Below are positions 1 to 9,938 of a DNA stretch of 64,000 nucleotides, in pieces. The notes under the pieces are model-generated. The model searched no databases. It worked only from the letters and a program-made list of their open reading frames with translations, and was not told the DNA's origin. The stretch is from a virus, in IMG/VR virus record IMGVR_UViG_3300040801_001687, positions 13,188 through 77,187 of that record, one strand, 5' to 3'. The translations under genes were made by a program, and so were the position numbers. Numbering within the stretch: position 1 is the first letter of the stretch; each line of letters opens with the position of its first letter.

Positions 1-1556
1 TGCCAGTATCAAAAGAAACATTTTCATTGGGCCATTCTCTTATTTCAAATAAGATGCCTAAAGGAGTTGCTTTGGATAAACTAGATGAAATAGAAAAGGA
101 GATTAATAGGGAAATGGATTTGGAATCCCTAGGCCTATTTAATACTTCCTCACCTGATTTCAATAAGTTTTATCCAAACTTAAGCCCCGAAGATTTAGTA
201 CCACAAGATAAGGATTTTGCTTACCCCTTATTTAGAGCTTTATCAAAAGTAATTGTAAATAAGTACGGGCCAATTGATTTTTCTAAACCTGGAGTATTAG
301 AGGCTTCAACTAAAAAATTATCAGGCCAATCTGTTTACACCAACCATGAGGTTATTACTGGGAATGAGGTTGGTTCTATTTCAGAAGTATTTTTTGAACA
401 AGAGAAAAAGATAAACGGAGTAACTATACCTGCAGGTATTAATGTAAGATTAAAACTTGATGGAAAGGCTAACCCCAAATTAGTAAGGGGTATTATGATG
501 GACCCCCCTTCAGTACACTCAGTTTCAGTAACTGTAATGTTTGTTTGGGAAAAGTCACATGATATGACTGATGAAGAATTCTACACAAGATTAGGAACTT
601 ATAGTGATAAAGGGGAGTTAGTAAGACGTGTAGTGAAAGAAGTATTCTCCTATGATGAGATTTCACTTGTTCCTCATGGGGCTGACCCATTCGCTCAAAA
701 AATCAATGAAAAGACTGGAAATATAACTAATCCTGAATATGCTGATAATAGGTATAGTTTTAGTGAGGAAGATTTTAAAGAGATGGCTCACCACTTTGAT
801 TGGAAATGTGGTAATGTTGAAGAGTTATCACTTTCAGTAAATAAGACAATACCCAATGATAATAATAAAGAAAGTTTTAACAATAAATTAACAACTATGA
901 ATGAAGAGTATTTGAAATTTTTAAGAAATCAACTTAAGCTTTCTGATGATACTCCTGAAGCCCAAGTAATGGAAAAGCTTAAAGCAGGGTTACCTGACCT
1001 TTTGGCTTCTTCTGATAAAGTAGGGACTTTAGAGAGCGAACTCACAGAAGCCAAAGATGATTTAAAGAAACTCCAAGAAAAATACCCCGAAGGTACTATA
1101 GTCTTAGGAGAGACGGAAAAGGAACAGTTAAATGAATACAAAACTGTTAAACCCATAGCTGATGCAGCTTTAGAGGCTACTAGAAGTGAAGCTTTAAAAC
1201 TTTACCACTTATCATGTGGTGGAGCAGACAAAGCAGACACTGCAATGACTGAACTTATTGCTAAAGCAAATTTTGAAACTATCACTGCTTTACAAAAGCA
1301 ATATAGAAATCAGGTAGAAAAAGAATTCACTGCTACTTGTAAAGATTGTAACTCTACTAATATTAGTAGAATGTCAACTGCAGATAGAGAGACTGGGATT
1401 GCTAACCCTAATGATGATGGAAACTCTAATGGGGGTGATAAGGATAAATCCAAAGAAACATTTACTGAAAAATCATTAGGTGAGGCTATGGATGATATTA
1501 TGAAAAAGAAATCCAAAGGTATTTCTGCTCATATAAGCGAAGAGGATAATAAATAA
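1..1556 (+). CDS. Prohead protease / scaffold protein (5' end truncated by window edge)
   Basis: The frame is open from base 3, and bases 1-2 'tg' suggest an ATG one base before the window, so the TTG at 27 is probably not the true start. Protease-like N-half (NH..., SVSV, EISLVPHGADP), coiled-coil C-half, position upstream of decoration and capsid genes. Confidence 0.75.
   Translation, partial: PVSKETFSLGHSLISNKMPKGVALDKLDEIEKEINREMDLESLGLFNTSSPDFNKFYPNLSPEDLVPQDKDFAYPLFRALSKVIVNKYGPIDFSKPGVLEASTKKLSGQSVYTNHEVITGNEVGSISEVFFEQEKKINGVTIPAGINVRLKLDGKANPKLVRGIMMDPPSVHSVSVTVMFVWEKSHDMTDEEFYTRLGTYSDKGELVRRVVKEVFSYDEISLVPHGADPFAQKINEKTGNITNPEYADNRYSFSEEDFKEMAHHFDWKCGNVEELSLSVNKTIPNDNNKESFNNKLTTMNEEYLKFLRNQLKLSDDTPEAQVMEKLKAGLPDLLASSDKVGTLESELTEAKDDLKKLQEKYPEGTIVLGETEKEQLNEYKTVKPIADAALEATRSEALKLYHLSCGGADKADTAMTELIAKANFETITALQKQYRNQVEKEFTATCKDCNSTNISRMSTADRETGIANPNDDGNSNGGDKDKSKETFTEKSLGEAMDDIMKKKSKGISAHISEEDNK
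897..1556 (+). CDS. Probable nested in-frame scaffold protein (internal start MNEEYLKF...)
   Basis: In-frame ATG at 897 preceded by an A-rich intergenic-like leader (aataaattaacaactATG) and a variant late motif ACAATACCCAAT at 846. Confidence 0.5.
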   Translation: MNEEYLKFLRNQLKLSDDTPEAQVMEKLKAGLPDLLASSDKVGTLESELTEAKDDLKKLQEKYPEGTIVLGETEKEQLNEYKTVKPIADAALEATRSEALKLYHLSCGGADKADTAMTELIAKANFETITALQKQYRNQVEKEFTATCKDCNSTNISRMSTADRETGIANPNDDGNSNGGDKDKSKETFTEKSLGEAMDDIMKKKSKGISAHISEEDNK

Positions 1557-1582
1557 ATAAATAACTTTAAATTAAATAGATT

Positions 1583-2029
1583 ATGCCAAGTACTATAGGA
1601 GAAAAGACTCCAAACGCTATATTTCTCAATGACCCTGAAGCTCACAAGCTTCATTTGGAATTTGAGGTAGCCACAGGACAATCCGTTCAATTTGGTGGAC
1701 CAGTAGTATTGAATACTAATGGTACCATTCAAAATGCACCTGCTGGAGTTGCAAGAAACTTAAATTTAGGTTATGCAATTCAAAGTGGAGCTGCTGGAGA
1801 AAGAGTTACAGTTGCCGTAAGAGGTTATGCTGTTGTAAGGGGGATTGCTGCTGCTGATGGCCAAACTGCTGGGTCAGTAGAGGCTGGAGCTGTAAGTACA
1901 GACCCTGCTAGAAGAACATATGCAGCTGTTACAGGAGCAAGCCCTGAAGCACAGAATACCAGAGCTGTTGGATTTCAATTAACAGCTACCGCAGACACTG
2001 GTGATGAAATTGATGTTTGCGTATTGTAA
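1583..2029 (+). CDS. Head decoration / capsid cement protein
   Basis: 148 aa, Gly/Ala-rich beta protein between scaffold and capsid genes. Confidence 0.7.
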   Translation: MPSTIGEKTPNAIFLNDPEAHKLHLEFEVATGQSVQFGGPVVLNTNGTIQNAPAGVARNLNLGYAIQSGAAGERVTVAVRGYAVVRGIAAADGQTAGSVEAGAVSTDPARRTYAAVTGASPEAQNTRAVGFQLTATADTGDEIDVCVL

Positions 2030-2057
2030 GTTTTGAACTTTTAATAATAAATTATAT

Positions 2058-3158
2058 ATGAATTTAGCACAAGCAAAGAAATCAAAATACGCAAAGGACT
2101 TAAAAGAATCTGTCCTTTCTTGCGAATCCATGAGAAAGAACAAAGATAACCCGGTAGACGTATCTATTGGTGAATTTGTTAACTCTCGATGGGGAATCAG
2201 TATGGAGGGGTTATATGAGGACCTAGGACTTAATGCTGGTATTGATACAATCCAAAACATCTTCACATTGCCGGATGAGAGTAATAGATGGTTAATACCT
2301 GAAATTATTAGAGATGCTTTGAGATTGGGTTTAAGAAAGTCACCTATTTGGGCTGATATAATTGCTGCGGAGCAAACAATTGCAAACCCTTCAGTAATTA
2401 TGCCACACCTTAATATGTCGGATGCTGCTCCAAGATATGTAGGTGAAGGTGAGACTATTTCTAAAGGAGCTATCAGCTTCGGGGAGAAAACCTTGAAAAT
2501 CCGTAAAATGGGTAGAGGTATTAGAATTCCTTATGAAGTAGCTCAATATGTTACAATCAATGTAATGTCAATCTTTTTACAAGATTTTGGGGTTAAGTTA
2601 AACCATGGTATTGATGCATTAATGATTGATGTATTAATTAATGGTGAGCAAGCTGACGGTTCTGAATCTGCACCGATTGTTGGAGTAGGAACTAGTGGAA
2701 CTTTTGGTTACCGTGATTTATTAAAAGTTTGGATTAGAATGGCTAGAATTGGTAGAACTCCTTTCGGTATTATCGGGGGTGAGGAAGCTGCTATTGATAC
2801 TTTATTCTTGGATGAGTTTAAAAAGAGAGAGTCTGGAACAGTTGAGAAACAATTAAACTTGAGAACTCCAGTTCCCCAATCATCTGCTTATTACATCCAC
2901 GGAAGTATGCCAGACGACCAACAAATGGTAATAGATAGAACTTCTGCTATTATCAAATACAATGCTCAACCTCTATTAGTAGAATCTGATAAGATTGTAT
3001 CGAATCAAACTTTAGAAACTTATGCTTCTTTAACTACTGGTTTTGGTATTTTATATAGAGATGCTCGAGTTATCATTGACTCTTCATTAGAGTTTGCTTC
3101 AAATGGATTCCCTGCCTATATGGATGTTGACCCATTAGAGCAAATTGAAATTAGCTAA
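2058..3158 (+). CDS. Major capsid protein (HK97 fold)
   Basis: 366 aa; LIPEII, VGEGETI and KMGRGIRIPYE motifs; position. Confidence 0.9.
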   Translation: MNLAQAKKSKYAKDLKESVLSCESMRKNKDNPVDVSIGEFVNSRWGISMEGLYEDLGLNAGIDTIQNIFTLPDESNRWLIPEIIRDALRLGLRKSPIWADIIAAEQTIANPSVIMPHLNMSDAAPRYVGEGETISKGAISFGEKTLKIRKMGRGIRIPYEVAQYVTINVMSIFLQDFGVKLNHGIDALMIDVLINGEQADGSESAPIVGVGTSGTFGYRDLLKVWIRMARIGRTPFGIIGGEEAAIDTLFLDEFKKRESGTVEKQLNLRTPVPQSSAYYIHGSMPDDQQMVIDRTSAIIKYNAQPLLVESDKIVSNQTLETYASLTTGFGILYRDARVIIDSSLEFASNGFPAYMDVDPLEQIEIS

Positions 3159-3187
3159 ATAAATCTTAAATTATAAAATATAAAACC

Positions 3188-3622
3188 ATGGGAAAGAAAG
3201 GTAAAAAAAGATACTTTGTATTGGGAAAGAAAGCTTCGGTATTCTTTGACCCGGTTACAAGATTAAAAGTAACCTCCACAGATACTTCAAAACCGGATGA
3301 GACTGATGCTCCTCTATCTAAGAGGGTTAAGATGGCATTAGAGGCGGGACATATCAAGAGTTTAGACGGTCCTACCGATGCTCCTGAAACCGATACTTCG
3401 GAAGATAAAGATGATACTCCTAAAGAGTTAACAGTGGAGGCTTTGAAATCAGTTAAAGCTAAGGATTTAGCAAAGGCTCATTCAGGTGAAGAGTTCATGA
3501 CTTTCTATAAAGAAAATTATGAGGTTTCAGAAGAGGATGAGAAGGCTTTTGAAAAAATGAACAAAACCGCAAAAGCTAAATTCTTACAAGATGCTGAAGA
3601 AGAAGGCGAAGATGATGAGTAA
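3188..3622 (+). CDS. Hypothetical head-associated protein
   Basis: ORF directly after the capsid gene, followed by a terminator. Confidence 0.6.
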   Translation: MGKKGKKRYFVLGKKASVFFDPVTRLKVTSTDTSKPDETDAPLSKRVKMALEAGHIKSLDGPTDAPETDTSEDKDDTPKELTVEALKSVKAKDLAKAHSGEEFMTFYKENYEVSEEDEKAFEKMNKTAKAKFLQDAEEEGEDDE

Positions 3623-3649
3623 TATTTCATAATTAGATATATAATTTAG

Positions 3650-3678
3650 AACCCCAACAATAGTTGGGGTTTTATTTT
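3650..3678 (+). terminator. Rho-independent terminator
   Basis: AACCCCAAC-aata-GTTGGGGTT followed by a T-rich tract. Confidence 0.85.
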
Positions 3679-3680
3679 GT

Positions 3681-3692
3681 ACAATACTTAAT
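3681..3692 (+). promoter_or_regulatory. Candidate late promoter motif ACAATACTTAAT
   Basis: Exact 12-mer repeated in intergenic gaps at 3681, 9486 and 9939; this copy lies just after a terminator. Confidence 0.6.
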
Positions 3693-3717
3693 ACTTATAT
3701 TCAAAAGGATTATTTAA

Positions 3718-4578
3718 ATGGAAACCTATAAAACAAAAGACTTTGATTTTATCGTAATTGAAAACTCAATTATAGATAAATCATTCTATCCAATAAACCC
3801 CGATGGAACACCTTACTCTATGTCGGGCTCTTCAGTGTCAATGAAGATATACACTGACCCTGTAACTTCTATGGGCTTAACTTTAAATGGAACAGATGAT
3901 ACAGTTGGTACTGTTAGGTTAGATTCTTCAATAACCTCCACTCTTCAAACTTTGGAATATTCTATTGTAGAGACTAAAACTAATGGGGAGATAATAACCC
4001 TTTTCCAAGGTACTATATCTATACAATCGGAATCTCAATTTACCACATCAGTTAATTCTTTAATAGAAGGGTTAAAACCTGATGGTATTAATTTAGACCC
4101 TAATTTTAAAAACCAACAAATTACTTATTGGAGATTATACCTTCAACCTTTAACTACTCCTCCAATAGATGATGAAAATTTAAATAGCGATGAAAACTGG
4201 CCCCCTCTAGTAAACTTTCTTATTGCTTATTTAGTCATTTATGATTTCTTAAAGAAATATGCTAGAAAAGCATTTTCTGATATGTTTGGAAATGGAGCTG
4301 CTGATACTGAAGGAGCTCAAATAAAGAAGATAGAAACTGGCCCCACTAATGTGGAATACTTTGATTCGGCTTCAGCCTTACAAAATGTATTTAAAACTAA
4401 TACCCAAGGAATGTCACCTTTTGATAAGTTGGCAGAAGAAGCTTGTATGCTTTCAAAAAGGTTGAGGATATACTTACCAATATGTGGACATTTAAGTCAC
4501 AACCCAGTAATTCCCCACAAGGTTGGACGACCTCCAATTAAAGATGCTATAACTATTCTAAATAAATACTATGGGTAA
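3718..4578 (+). CDS. Head-tail adaptor/connector with N-terminal Ig/BppU-like extension
   Basis: Position; C-terminal IKKIETGPTNVEY typical of adaptor proteins. Confidence 0.6.
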   Translation: METYKTKDFDFIVIENSIIDKSFYPINPDGTPYSMSGSSVSMKIYTDPVTSMGLTLNGTDDTVGTVRLDSSITSTLQTLEYSIVETKTNGEIITLFQGTISIQSESQFTTSVNSLIEGLKPDGINLDPNFKNQQITYWRLYLQPLTTPPIDDENLNSDENWPPLVNFLIAYLVIYDFLKKYARKAFSDMFGNGAADTEGAQIKKIETGPTNVEYFDSASALQNVFKTNTQGMSPFDKLAEEACMLSKRLRIYLPICGHLSHNPVIPHKVGRPPIKDAITILNKYYG

Positions 4579-5038
4579 TATCGGAAAAGCTCGTTGGAAT
4601 AAGTATAAAAACCTTATAAATAAAATTCATAAGGAGTTTAACCAGGACACCTTAACTTGGAGGAAACATACTCCACAAGGTGTAACTCAATTTAATGAAG
4701 GTATTGAGAATAATTATGAAGATTTTGAATTAAAAATTCTTATTGGTTATAACTCTTATAGAACATGGCCAATAACAAAACATAATCAGGATACTGGAGA
4801 AATAGATAACCAAAATTTAGTGGTATATATTAATGTTAGCTATCTAAAAGAGTTGGGATATACTGACCAACATGGGTATTTTCAATTTAATCCCGCTAAT
4901 GATAAATTTATACATAGGGGTATAATCTATAAGGGTGAAGGGGATACATTTTTATCTCAAGCAAGTGATGAGCCTTTATTATTTATATTGGTATTGAGAA
5001 GAGAAGAGGAGATAACAGGTAAGAGTAGATTTAACTAA
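4571..5038 (+). CDS. Head closure / stopper protein
   Basis: Size, beta-rich sequence and position in the neck module. Confidence 0.55.
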   Translation: MGNIGKARWNKYKNLINKIHKEFNQDTLTWRKHTPQGVTQFNEGIENNYEDFELKILIGYNSYRTWPITKHNQDTGEIDNQNLVVYINVSYLKELGYTDQHGYFQFNPANDKFIHRGIIYKGEGDTFLSQASDEPLLFILVLRREEEITGKSRFN

Positions 5039-5040
5039 AA

Positions 5041-5532
5041 ATGATAGGGGTTAGTTTTATAGGTGATTGGACTGGGGTTCAAGCAGGATTAACTGCTTTA
5101 CCCCAGATATTAAAATCTTCAGCTGACTGGGGAAATAGAAAAGCTGCAGAAAAACTAGTTAAAATTGCCAAAGCTCACATTGATAACCAAGATTTGGGAT
5201 GGCCTGCTTTATCATCAAGTAGTAATTCAGGTGACCCACGAATCCTAGTAGACACTGAAGATATGAGAAACTCCATAAAGGCATGGAGACAAAATTATAA
5301 ATATTATGCGGGTATTCCAATGAATGCTCACAACTCAAGAGGTATTAGAATAGCTGACATTGCTATTATGCACGAGTTTGGATATGGAAATATGCCCCAA
5401 AGGTCTTTATGGGGACCATCTATCCAAGACCTAGGGGGAAGAAAGGGTATACAGAAGATTGTTTCAGATGCAATTTATAATAAAATTAAATTCCTAAGAA
5501 CTAAAGGTATTCAAGTAGACTATAGATTATGA
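5041..5532 (+). CDS. Neck / tail completion protein (virion morphogenesis family)
   Basis: Motifs WPALS, LVDTEDMRNSI and AIMHEFGYGNMPQRS. Confidence 0.75.
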   Translation: MIGVSFIGDWTGVQAGLTALPQILKSSADWGNRKAAEKLVKIAKAHIDNQDLGWPALSSSSNSGDPRILVDTEDMRNSIKAWRQNYKYYAGIPMNAHNSRGIRIADIAIMHEFGYGNMPQRSLWGPSIQDLGGRKGIQKIVSDAIYNKIKFLRTKGIQVDYRL

Positions 5533-7601
5533 GAGAGATTTTAGACACTCAAAAACTTGTGGAAAGAACTTTCGAGAATGAGGTTTATAAAATCTTGTTA
5601 GGGGAGGGGTGGATTCCTAATAGGTTAAATTATACAAATGATTACCAAGGCTATATTGATGAAAAAAATCAGATAGCTAATAATAGAGGTTTTGCTGTAG
5701 AGGTTTTTGGACATGGCTCAGCAAGGGATAGAGAGATAAAAGAAGTTCCAAGAATAGTTATAACGGGTTCAGGTTTTTATACTGGAAGTGTAGGAGATAA
5801 TTTTCCAGGTTCAATAGAAAGTAACAATGACGGTACTTTTAGAAAACAAAGGTATAAAGGTACATCTTCAACCTATAGAATAGAGGTTACCCTAATTTCA
5901 CAAACTTCTACTCAAGATAGAATTTTGGAGCAGGTTAGACAAGCAGCTTTACCCAATTTAACATTTTTAGGATTTTATAATAACCCCGAAAGTAGGTTTG
6001 TAATTACTTATGGGTTTGTTAAGGAGAACAGTGATTATAATCATAGGATTATAGAAAGAACTTATATATATGAAGCCTTAGATGTAGAGGAACAAGGACA
6101 AGATGTAGTAGATTCTAACATATCTAAAATCAGAGAAATTGATACAGGTATTGGGGAGGATAATTTAATAATTAAAGCTAAGGCTAAATTATTAATTAAC
6201 ACCGAAAACCTAACCATACAAGAAAAAACTATTTCTTTAGAGATATCTAAAGGCCCATCAGTTAACCTTAACATATCTAAAGAATCATTAACATTAACCG
6301 AGAAATCAATCTCGTTTAGTATTAATAATCAATTAGTAAACCTTAATATTATTAAGGAATCATTAACTTTAGAAGAAAAGCCATTAACTTTTAGTATTAA
6401 TAATCAATTAATAAATCTAAACCTAAATAAAGAATCCCTAACCTTAGAAGAAAAAATATTAACCCTTGTTGTAAATAACCAAATACAAGAAATTAACTTA
6501 AATAAGGAATCTTTAATTTTATCCGAAAATATTATAGTTGTTGAATCCCCTATAGGTGTAAATAATAATATTATAACTAATGATGGAGGTGAATTACTAG
6601 GGGGTTATACTCTATCTAATTCTCCTTCATTAGAGAATAACCAACCACCTTTAGTAGATAATATTACCTTTAGTGGAACAGAATCAGAAGGTGAAGATTT
6701 AACTGTTACTGTTATTTGGGAAAAGAATACTCAAGCTAATGAAGGAACCCACGAATTAAAAATTTATAGGCATTCCGATATAAACGGTTCTGGTAGAGTT
6801 TTAGCATCAACATTAACAACAAGTACTACAACATATTTAGGGGATAATAAATACTCAACTGAATTTACTTATACATTAGTACTTGGGGATGTTAGTAAGT
6901 ATTTAGCATTTGAGGCTATAGTAAAAGTAACCGGAGTTGAAAATACAGACTCTTTACCTAACAGCTCTGATTTTACAGAATTAATATCTAGTACCTCATT
7001 TAACCCTGCTAACCTGGGGGCTGGAACTTCTAATGTATCTTTAAGAAATATAGGAGTTCCAGGTAATTGGAATAGCGACCCTAATCCAGTTTGGGTAAAT
7101 GAGGGTAGTACTACAAACGCAACAGTAGGTACAGGAAAACCTGTTTGGAATGATGTTGACCAAAGAATGGAGTTTACAAAAGCTTCTTTACACCAACTAT
7201 TAGTAGCTAAAGGAACAATATCAGAACCTTGTGAAATATGGATTAAGGGTAAATTTGATATTACTGATGTAATGGTAATGTTTGGGTTTAGTTCATCCAT
7301 AGAATTTAGGAAATCTGCCTCTAGCTTTAGAATGAATGGGCAAAATATAGCCCCGGCTGATTTAAATGAACATTTGTTCAGGTTTAGACTTAACGGAGTA
7401 AACAGTTTTCTAAAAATAGATAGTGATACTCCTATAACCTTTGATTCAACTAGTTCTACTTTGGGTTCAGGAGATTTAGAGTTAGGAGCTAATAATAGTG
7501 GAAATTACTTAGAAGGTTTTATTAAGAATTTTCACCTATATAATTTTTTAGTTGAAAATCAAGATGAGACGGATATGAACTCTTATTTTAACGTAACTTA
7601 A
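5529..7601 (+). CDS. Tail-terminator-like protein fused to 25-aa repeats, an Ig-like domain and a LamG/ConA-like domain
   Basis: N-terminal ~210 aa occupy the terminator position; repeats are visible; C-terminus ends LELGANNSGNYLEGFIKNFHLYN (LamG-like). Confidence 0.55.
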   Translation: MREILDTQKLVERTFENEVYKILLGEGWIPNRLNYTNDYQGYIDEKNQIANNRGFAVEVFGHGSARDREIKEVPRIVITGSGFYTGSVGDNFPGSIESNNDGTFRKQRYKGTSSTYRIEVTLISQTSTQDRILEQVRQAALPNLTFLGFYNNPESRFVITYGFVKENSDYNHRIIERTYIYEALDVEEQGQDVVDSNISKIREIDTGIGEDNLIIKAKAKLLINTENLTIQEKTISLEISKGPSVNLNISKESLTLTEKSISFSINNQLVNLNIIKESLTLEEKPLTFSINNQLINLNLNKESLTLEEKILTLVVNNQIQEINLNKESLILSENIIVVESPIGVNNNIITNDGGELLGGYTLSNSPSLENNQPPLVDNITFSGTESEGEDLTVTVIWEKNTQANEGTHELKIYRHSDINGSGRVLASTLTTSTTTYLGDNKYSTEFTYTLVLGDVSKYLAFEAIVKVTGVENTDSLPNSSDFTELISSTSFNPANLGAGTSNVSLRNIGVPGNWNSDPNPVWVNEGSTTNATVGTGKPVWNDVDQRMEFTKASLHQLLVAKGTISEPCEIWIKGKFDITDVMVMFGFSSSIEFRKSASSFRMNGQNIAPADLNEHLFRFRLNGVNSFLKIDSDTPITFDSTSSTLGSGDLELGANNSGNYLEGFIKNFHLYNFLVENQDETDMNSYFNVT
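6189..6545 (+). repeat. Five imperfect ~75-bp (25-aa) tandem repeats, consensus LNLNKESLTLEEKxLTFSINNQLxN
   Basis: Visible in both translation and DNA (aaagaatcattaac... units). Confidence 0.85.
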
Positions 7602-7603
7602 TT

Positions 7604-9484
7604 ATGGCTAATAGAGTAGTAACAAATGAAACTTCCGAAAGAACTACTTACAATAACCCTATTGTAAATGGGAGGCGTATTGTTAATGGGGATATAATTA
7701 TAGATACCTTTACTAATGAAAGTAAAAACGTTATATTCTATACAGATTCTGAAACAGTGTTTTCAGGAGCTAGGTTAGGAGCTACAATTTGGATTAAAAA
7801 CCCTAATGGTAATCCTATATCAGCTTTTTGGTTAAGAACTACAGATGATTTAGAGTGGGCAATTAGTGATGTAAATAATCCAGTTGTTATAACTGCTTTA
7901 GAAGGTCAAGTTATATTTAGAAAGATACCCAATAATGATAACCCTTACAATATTAATATTACTAACCTAGCTTATGTATCTCTTTGGGGAGAGACAGAAT
8001 CCCACCCAGGTATGAGGAATGGTTGGGGTCCTTTTAAACACGGTACTTTTGGAATACAAGTTGATAGGTGGGGAAACCCTGAACCGGGTCAAAATAATTT
8101 TACAATAGGTGGAGACTTTTTAAGTGGTATAGAAGTAATAGGGGTAGAATCAATCCATGGTTTTGCTAGGTATAGAAGTGAACCCACTGCTCCAGGTTTA
8201 GAAAGTAGAAGGGTTGATTATTTTAGATTAAAGAGAAGCTTTCTTCATACTGGGGAAACAGGGGAAGGGATATATATAGGGTCTACTAAAGCTCCTCCTT
8301 ATGCATTATTTGAAAATGTATTAATTGAAGATGTTCTTTGCACTAGAGCAGCTGCAGAAGGATTTCAAATGCAACATATGGTAACTGGTTCAAGAACTGG
8401 AATTATAAGAAATACTATATGGCATGCTAATGGAGCTGATTGGAAAGCAGCCTTTCAAAACTTTCAATCAGCAGGTTTACAGTTATCCTACGATGAGGGT
8501 GATATATTATTTGAAAATTCTATTGTAGATGGTTGGGGTAGTAATGGTTTAACTTTATTTAAAGCTGATGAAGGTTTATTAGTTAATAATAAAAAAGTAA
8601 GGTTTAGGAATGTACTTTGGTTAAATGGGAGAAATAGGGGTATATATTTCAATGCCAACGATGATGCTATACCAATTGAATTTAATCAGTGTGAGTTTGG
8701 GGAGATGGTAGATAATTGGGAAGAGACTTACCCTAATGAGGTTGCAGCAGACCACCATATGGATGTAGCTAATGACATTGACCTTATTTTAAAATATTGT
8801 AAATATAGAAACAATAAAACCTTTTACACAGGAACTTATCAAGGTAATGTTAAAGAAGTTGAGAATAATGGGTTTCCAACTCAAGAGTACCCAGAGTATT
8901 TAAACTCAGACCCCATATCCCAAGATACTGAAAAATATGAGGTTTGGCATGAAGAGTATGCAGACTGGACTGTTAACCAAGGGCATGCTGCTAACACAAA
9001 AATTGAATTTAACCAAGGGGATACTGTATTTAATACCCAAGATAAAAGATTTTACAGGTGTCTAATAACTCATACAAGTTCAGCTTCAACACGACCTGAT
9101 TTAGATAATACTAATTGGTTATTACTAACTTGGGATAAAACTAATGGGGTTGCTAATGATAAACCCGGTTGGGATTTTAATAACCCACAAAGTATATACC
9201 CACCTGATGATTATAGGTTAGCTATAGGTAATACTCATAATACTTTAGGAAGGGGGTTAAGTAGTAACCCAACCCCCTACACTTTCTATAATTGGCAATA
9301 TAGTGAAGATGATGGTTCTAATAATCCCGATGGAATTTGGGTTAATATAGCGGATATAGAATCTAAAAAATTAAACTATACTCCACCTACTGGGTTGAAT
9401 AGACATTATAGGAGAGTAGTAACAGTTAAAAATACAACAGGTCAAGAAATAGAGAGTATATCAAATACTATTCAAGTTATTTAA
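7604..9484 (+). CDS. Putative virion beta-helix (pectin-lyase-like) protein with CBM5/12-like and Ig-like domains
   Basis: GEGIYIGS and AAAEGFQMQ beta-helix rungs; FNQGDTVF...YRCLITHTS...W module; C-terminal YNWQYSED...YRRVVT. Confidence 0.55.
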   Translation: MANRVVTNETSERTTYNNPIVNGRRIVNGDIIIDTFTNESKNVIFYTDSETVFSGARLGATIWIKNPNGNPISAFWLRTTDDLEWAISDVNNPVVITALEGQVIFRKIPNNDNPYNINITNLAYVSLWGETESHPGMRNGWGPFKHGTFGIQVDRWGNPEPGQNNFTIGGDFLSGIEVIGVESIHGFARYRSEPTAPGLESRRVDYFRLKRSFLHTGETGEGIYIGSTKAPPYALFENVLIEDVLCTRAAAEGFQMQHMVTGSRTGIIRNTIWHANGADWKAAFQNFQSAGLQLSYDEGDILFENSIVDGWGSNGLTLFKADEGLLVNNKKVRFRNVLWLNGRNRGIYFNANDDAIPIEFNQCEFGEMVDNWEETYPNEVAADHHMDVANDIDLILKYCKYRNNKTFYTGTYQGNVKEVENNGFPTQEYPEYLNSDPISQDTEKYEVWHEEYADWTVNQGHAANTKIEFNQGDTVFNTQDKRFYRCLITHTSSASTRPDLDNTNWLLLTWDKTNGVANDKPGWDFNNPQSIYPPDDYRLAIGNTHNTLGRGLSSNPTPYTFYNWQYSEDDGSNNPDGIWVNIADIESKKLNYTPPTGLNRHYRRVVTVKNTTGQEIESISNTIQVI

Positions 9485-9485
9485 A

Positions 9486-9497
9486 ACAATACTTAAT
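9486..9497 (+). promoter_or_regulatory. Candidate late promoter motif ACAATACTTAAT
   Basis: Exact repeat of the motif at 3681 and 9939. Confidence 0.6.
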
Positions 9498-9522
9498 ATT
9501 ATTAAAAATAAATTATATAGAT

Positions 9523-9936
9523 ATGCCAGTACTTAATGCTTTTAAAAGAAGAATGTTCGATAGCCAATTGGCTTTAGGGGATTTAAAAATGATGTTATTG
9601 GATGATAACCATTCAACAGATATAGACACTCAAGAGTTTATTGATGATATTTCTGCTAATGAGGTATCATCTTCCGGCTATACCGCAGGGGGAGTAACTT
9701 TAGCCAACCCTAATGTAGTAGTTGATAATGCTAATGACGAAGCCTCGATTGATGCTGACAATGTTTCTTTAGTGGGTATAACTGCTACCGTAAGATATCT
9801 AGCTTTCTATGTTGACACGGGAACTCCTGGTACTTCTCCTATTATAAACATCTATGATTTAACTACTAACCAAGTTTTGAATAACCAAGATTTGGATATT
9901 AATTTTGAATCTACTGGTATAATAGGTTTAGCATAA
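9523..9936 (+). CDS. Small virion structural protein
   Basis: Motif NEVSSSGYTAGGVTL, recognised from phage minor structural proteins. Confidence 0.6.
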   Translation: MPVLNAFKRRMFDSQLALGDLKMMLLDDNHSTDIDTQEFIDDISANEVSSSGYTAGGVTLANPNVVVDNANDEASIDADNVSLVGITATVRYLAFYVDTGTPGTSPIINIYDLTTNQVLNNQDLDINFESTGIIGLA

Positions 9937-9938
9937 AA

